NCBI RefSeq assembly: GCF_964194025.1
Contig: NC_134475.1
Location: 65,658,001 to 65,722,000, forward strand
Source: Convolutriloba macropyga
Taxonomy: Eukaryota
Reading direction: 5' to 3'
Length of the DNA stretch: 64,000 nt
The notes beneath the pieces were generated by a model, which had not been told where the DNA came from, did no database searches, and saw only the letters and a list, made by a program, of their open reading frames with translations. The translations under genes were made by a program, and so were the position numbers. Of the stretch, positions 60,750 to 64,000 are shown in pieces. The stretch's first letter is position 1, and each line of letters begins with the position of its first letter.

Positions 60750-63700
60750 ACGACGAGGCAATATTTTTAAATTGGTAAGAACATAGCGACAAGTGGTTTT
60801 TTAGACCGCAATTTTTGATGCTCATTTGGCCGCAATTTTGTCTGATAACGAATAAGTTCAATGCCAGTCATCAATTTGTACCGATGAATCCAAAAACCCG
60901 AAAATTATTGAGACAAATATTGTCTTACTTGATAGGTCTTACGATTAGGATTATATAAAAATATGTTAAACGAACTTTTGCCGAGCATTATACGTAAATT
61001 GGAACGGTTTCTATGCATATTTTATTCATTATTTAAGTCCGTACTCAAATACTCAGATCTGTTTAGCTAATAATCTCTCGCTTACATCTGATCGTTTTAA
61101 TTACTCTGTAACATCCTCCGGCCCAGAAGAAGATGTTGGGAGAATGAGTACTAATTTTAAAAGCGGGCGGACGAGCGATCCGGTGGACGTGCGCAAGACG
61201 GCGAAACGTGCTTCGCTGTCTGAGTCGTAACGGAGTTTAGTGATCCGAGCAGTTGGGTTATAACCCCTAAGATTGGTCTCTTGATCTACCAAAACCAAGT
61301 CATCAGACTTTAGGTGTTGCTCGGTAAGCGTTTACCACTTGAAACGGCGGTTCAGCGCCGCTACGTGCTCTTTGATCCAACAAAATTAAATAGCGTTATC
61401 GAAAGACTGTGCTCGGGCGTAACGCGTACGGTGATCGAACTCGTCGACACCGACAGCTGACGGAATTGCGTTTGCTTGGTTACCAAGTAGAAAATGTTTA
61501 GGTGTTATTGCGCCTAGGTTGGACGGGTGGGCACTTACGGGCGTTAACGGGCGTGCGTTTAGTTTAGTGCGTATTCCACGAGGCAAAAGGTAGTGTTTAA
61601 AACTTCGTCAGCGAGGCGACGAGTAACAAGGATAGTGTTAAGTATTCGCTTGAAACTACTTTCTAATCTCTCCTAGATGCCTCCTTGGTGTGGGCAACTG
61701 GGTGGGTTGAACTTCACCTTAATACCTTTATGGACAAGTTCCTCTGAAATATTGATGATATTCCACTTCTCGAAATTTTCGCCTAGTTCCTTTGCAATTG
61801 ACGGAACAATTGTTGGTGTCACCTGACGGGAGACAAACCGCTCCACTCGCATTACGCATGAACTGGCGTCCATGGACGGAACAATTTCAACATGAACGGC
61901 TCAAGTAATTAAGCATGTGAAGACGAAACCCCACCTCTTCTCGGTAGTCCTTGGCACAGTAACGTAAAATGGGCCAAAGTAGGCAACACCAGTGTTTGTG
62001 AAGGGACGAGACTGAAATGCGAGTCTTTCCATTGGTAGGACAGCCAAGATTGGTTGAATAGTGGAAGCGCAGAAGTTTCTGCAAAAGATGAAGTTGGATT
62101 CAATCGAATGCAGTCAGGTTTGTAACTTCAAGTTGGTATAACGTTCCTGTACTTTAACCTGCAGATAGTCAATGCCTTGATGGTGATTTTTGACGTGGGT
62201 GTGCCGCAGAAACATCTTTACAAATATATGGCGTGCGTTAAGAACGATAGGATGGGTTACATCATAATCAACTTCGACCAACCATTTGATGCGGCCAGCC
62301 GAACGGAATGGACCATTTGGTCCAACAAAGAGGGAAAAGGGGGTAATACGGCTACTCCGTTTACCGTATTTGTTTTCCAGGAGATCTTTTCTTTTGGGAA
62401 TTAAAAGATTCTCCTTGAACGAGATACTGAAGATGAAGCTCGGCTTCGTCAAGTTCATTGGGATCCAATCAATATACTGCGATCAACATTGCGGTAGCAT
62501 TCATGCGAGCGGTTAATTAACTGCCTTAAATGCAGATGAGGTCAATGATGTGTGAGTATCATCAGTTTCTTTGGTTGCTAAATTGATTTTGATGCTATTA
62601 ACTACTTCAATGCTTGGTTTGAACGGGAATTGCTTGGTTCTTAGGAATTCCGGGCCCTTCACTACTTGATTGCAATACCTCAGCAGATATATCACGAGTA
62701 CTGGCCTCTGCCGGGTTATCACTTGAGTCAACGTGGTTATATTCGTCAACGGTTTTGTGTTCAATGATCTCGCCAACACGGTTCGCAACAAATAATGGGT
62801 GCTTGGTAGTGAATGTAAGCCATTGCAAGACAGTAGGGCTGTCATTCCACATGCAAACCATATTGACTTTCACTGTAAGAGCTTGACAGATATCTTGTTT
62901 CAATCGCGCGGCCAGTAGCGCTGCCTTTAATTCCAGCTTCGGAACTGTCATCACCTTCATAGGTGCTAATCGGGCTTTACCAAGGACAAACGCAAGCTCC
63001 TTTTGGGACCAACTGGATTTTTTTTTGAGCTCGGAGAAATGCAACACCACTGAAGACTTCTTGTGAAATATCGCAAATTATGTGTAGTTCCAGGTGTTCA
63101 AAGTTTCCCGAGTATCAGCTCCTCGGTATTGTGATTTCCGCAAGCTTGGGTAGTTCTGCACTCCATTTGAGGAACCTTTCTACAGTGTCTTTTGTTAGCT
63201 CTTTATCCCAATGCTTTCCGCGGACACGCCAGATGTCCTTTAGTAACAATCGAGCACCAACGGTAAATGGTGCCACTAGACCAATGGGATCAAATACTTT
63301 AGACACTAGGCTTAGTACCAAGCTTTGTGGTAAAGATTTAGTTACTGTACTGGAGGCATCTTGACTCACAACTAGGGTATCATTGCTTTGATCCCATTTT
63401 AACCCGTGCACTTGCAAAGATGCCTCCTTATATGATGCGACTTGGTTCGGCGGACTACGGTGACCCATCAATTTGATCAGCCAGATTTGGTACATTGCAT
63501 ACAAGCTTAGTAAGCTTGAACCCACTTAGATGGAGAGGGAGCCTCAATTTCTTCGATCTATTGATAGCCCTCTGAGGGAATCCATCGAATCTAGATAATC
63601 GTCCAAATAGAAGTTTTCTAGGACGGCTTTGGTTGCTTCCGTGTAGTGATCTATATTGTCTCGGGCCGCGCGTTGCAATGCATAGTTAACGCAAGTGGGT

Positions 63701-64000
63701 GAGTCTTTAGCCCCAAAAATATGGCGCGTGTATTGATACACCACGACATTTGTTGTGGGGTCCTCCCGTATATAAAAATGTAGTGATGGTTGGTCACGGT
63801 CTGGGACACCAACATGGAGGACCATGACCTCAATATCTGCGGACACGGCAAATTGATGTTGACGAAACCTGAGTAGTACATGGATTAAGTTCTGCAGCAA
63901 GTCGGAGCCAGTGAGCAAAAAGTTCTTCAAAGAGGTACCGTGAAACTTCGCTGGACCAATTAATACCCTACAAACTTTCCCCGGTTTGTTCGGGTTGATT
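60750..64000 (-). mobile_element. BEL/Pao LTR retrotransposon 3, decayed pol plus start of the 3' LTR; continues beyond the window
   Basis: LLTGSDLLQNL, HIFGAKDSPTC, FYLDD (RT), VFDPIG, GKARLAP..TVPKLEL (RNase H) and FNPPSCPHQGG/LNARPLT (integrase). PPT GGGCCGGAGGA is followed by TGTTACA at 61113. The left LTR boundary is uncertain. Confidence 0.88.

Overview
This is an AT-rich, repeat-dense animal genomic window, probably from an invertebrate (the taxon cannot be fixed from sequence alone), with one assembly gap at about 20473-21203. It holds three host genes: a two-exon mitoribosomal protein mL37 (MRPL37, minus strand), an intronless-CDS GGNBP2 homologue starting about 390 bp downstream on the same strand, and a small secreted Gly/Pro/Tyr/Met-rich prepropeptide (58753-59163). 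Most of the rest is mobile DNA: (1) a cluster of decayed Penelope-like (RT + GIY-YIG) retroelements with hammerhead-like motifs and a ~1.9-kb tandem duplication; (2) three BEL/Pao LTR retrotransposons, one rearranged into a solo LTR plus a duplicated truncated provirus; (3) a MITE family, a ~177-bp satellite and other repeats; (4) a 13.7-kb Maverick/Polinton (adintovirus-type) endogenous virus at 44466-58131. That element has AGTAGT ends, a perfect 6-bp TSD, unusually long ~1.8-2.1-kb TIRs and the virion/packaging/integrase module (MCP, penton, core protein, protease, ATPase, integrase), but I find no protein-primed DNA polymerase B. This polymerase-less virus-like element is the most notable object in the window. 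Percent identities quoted are estimates from reading the sequence by eye, not computed alignments.
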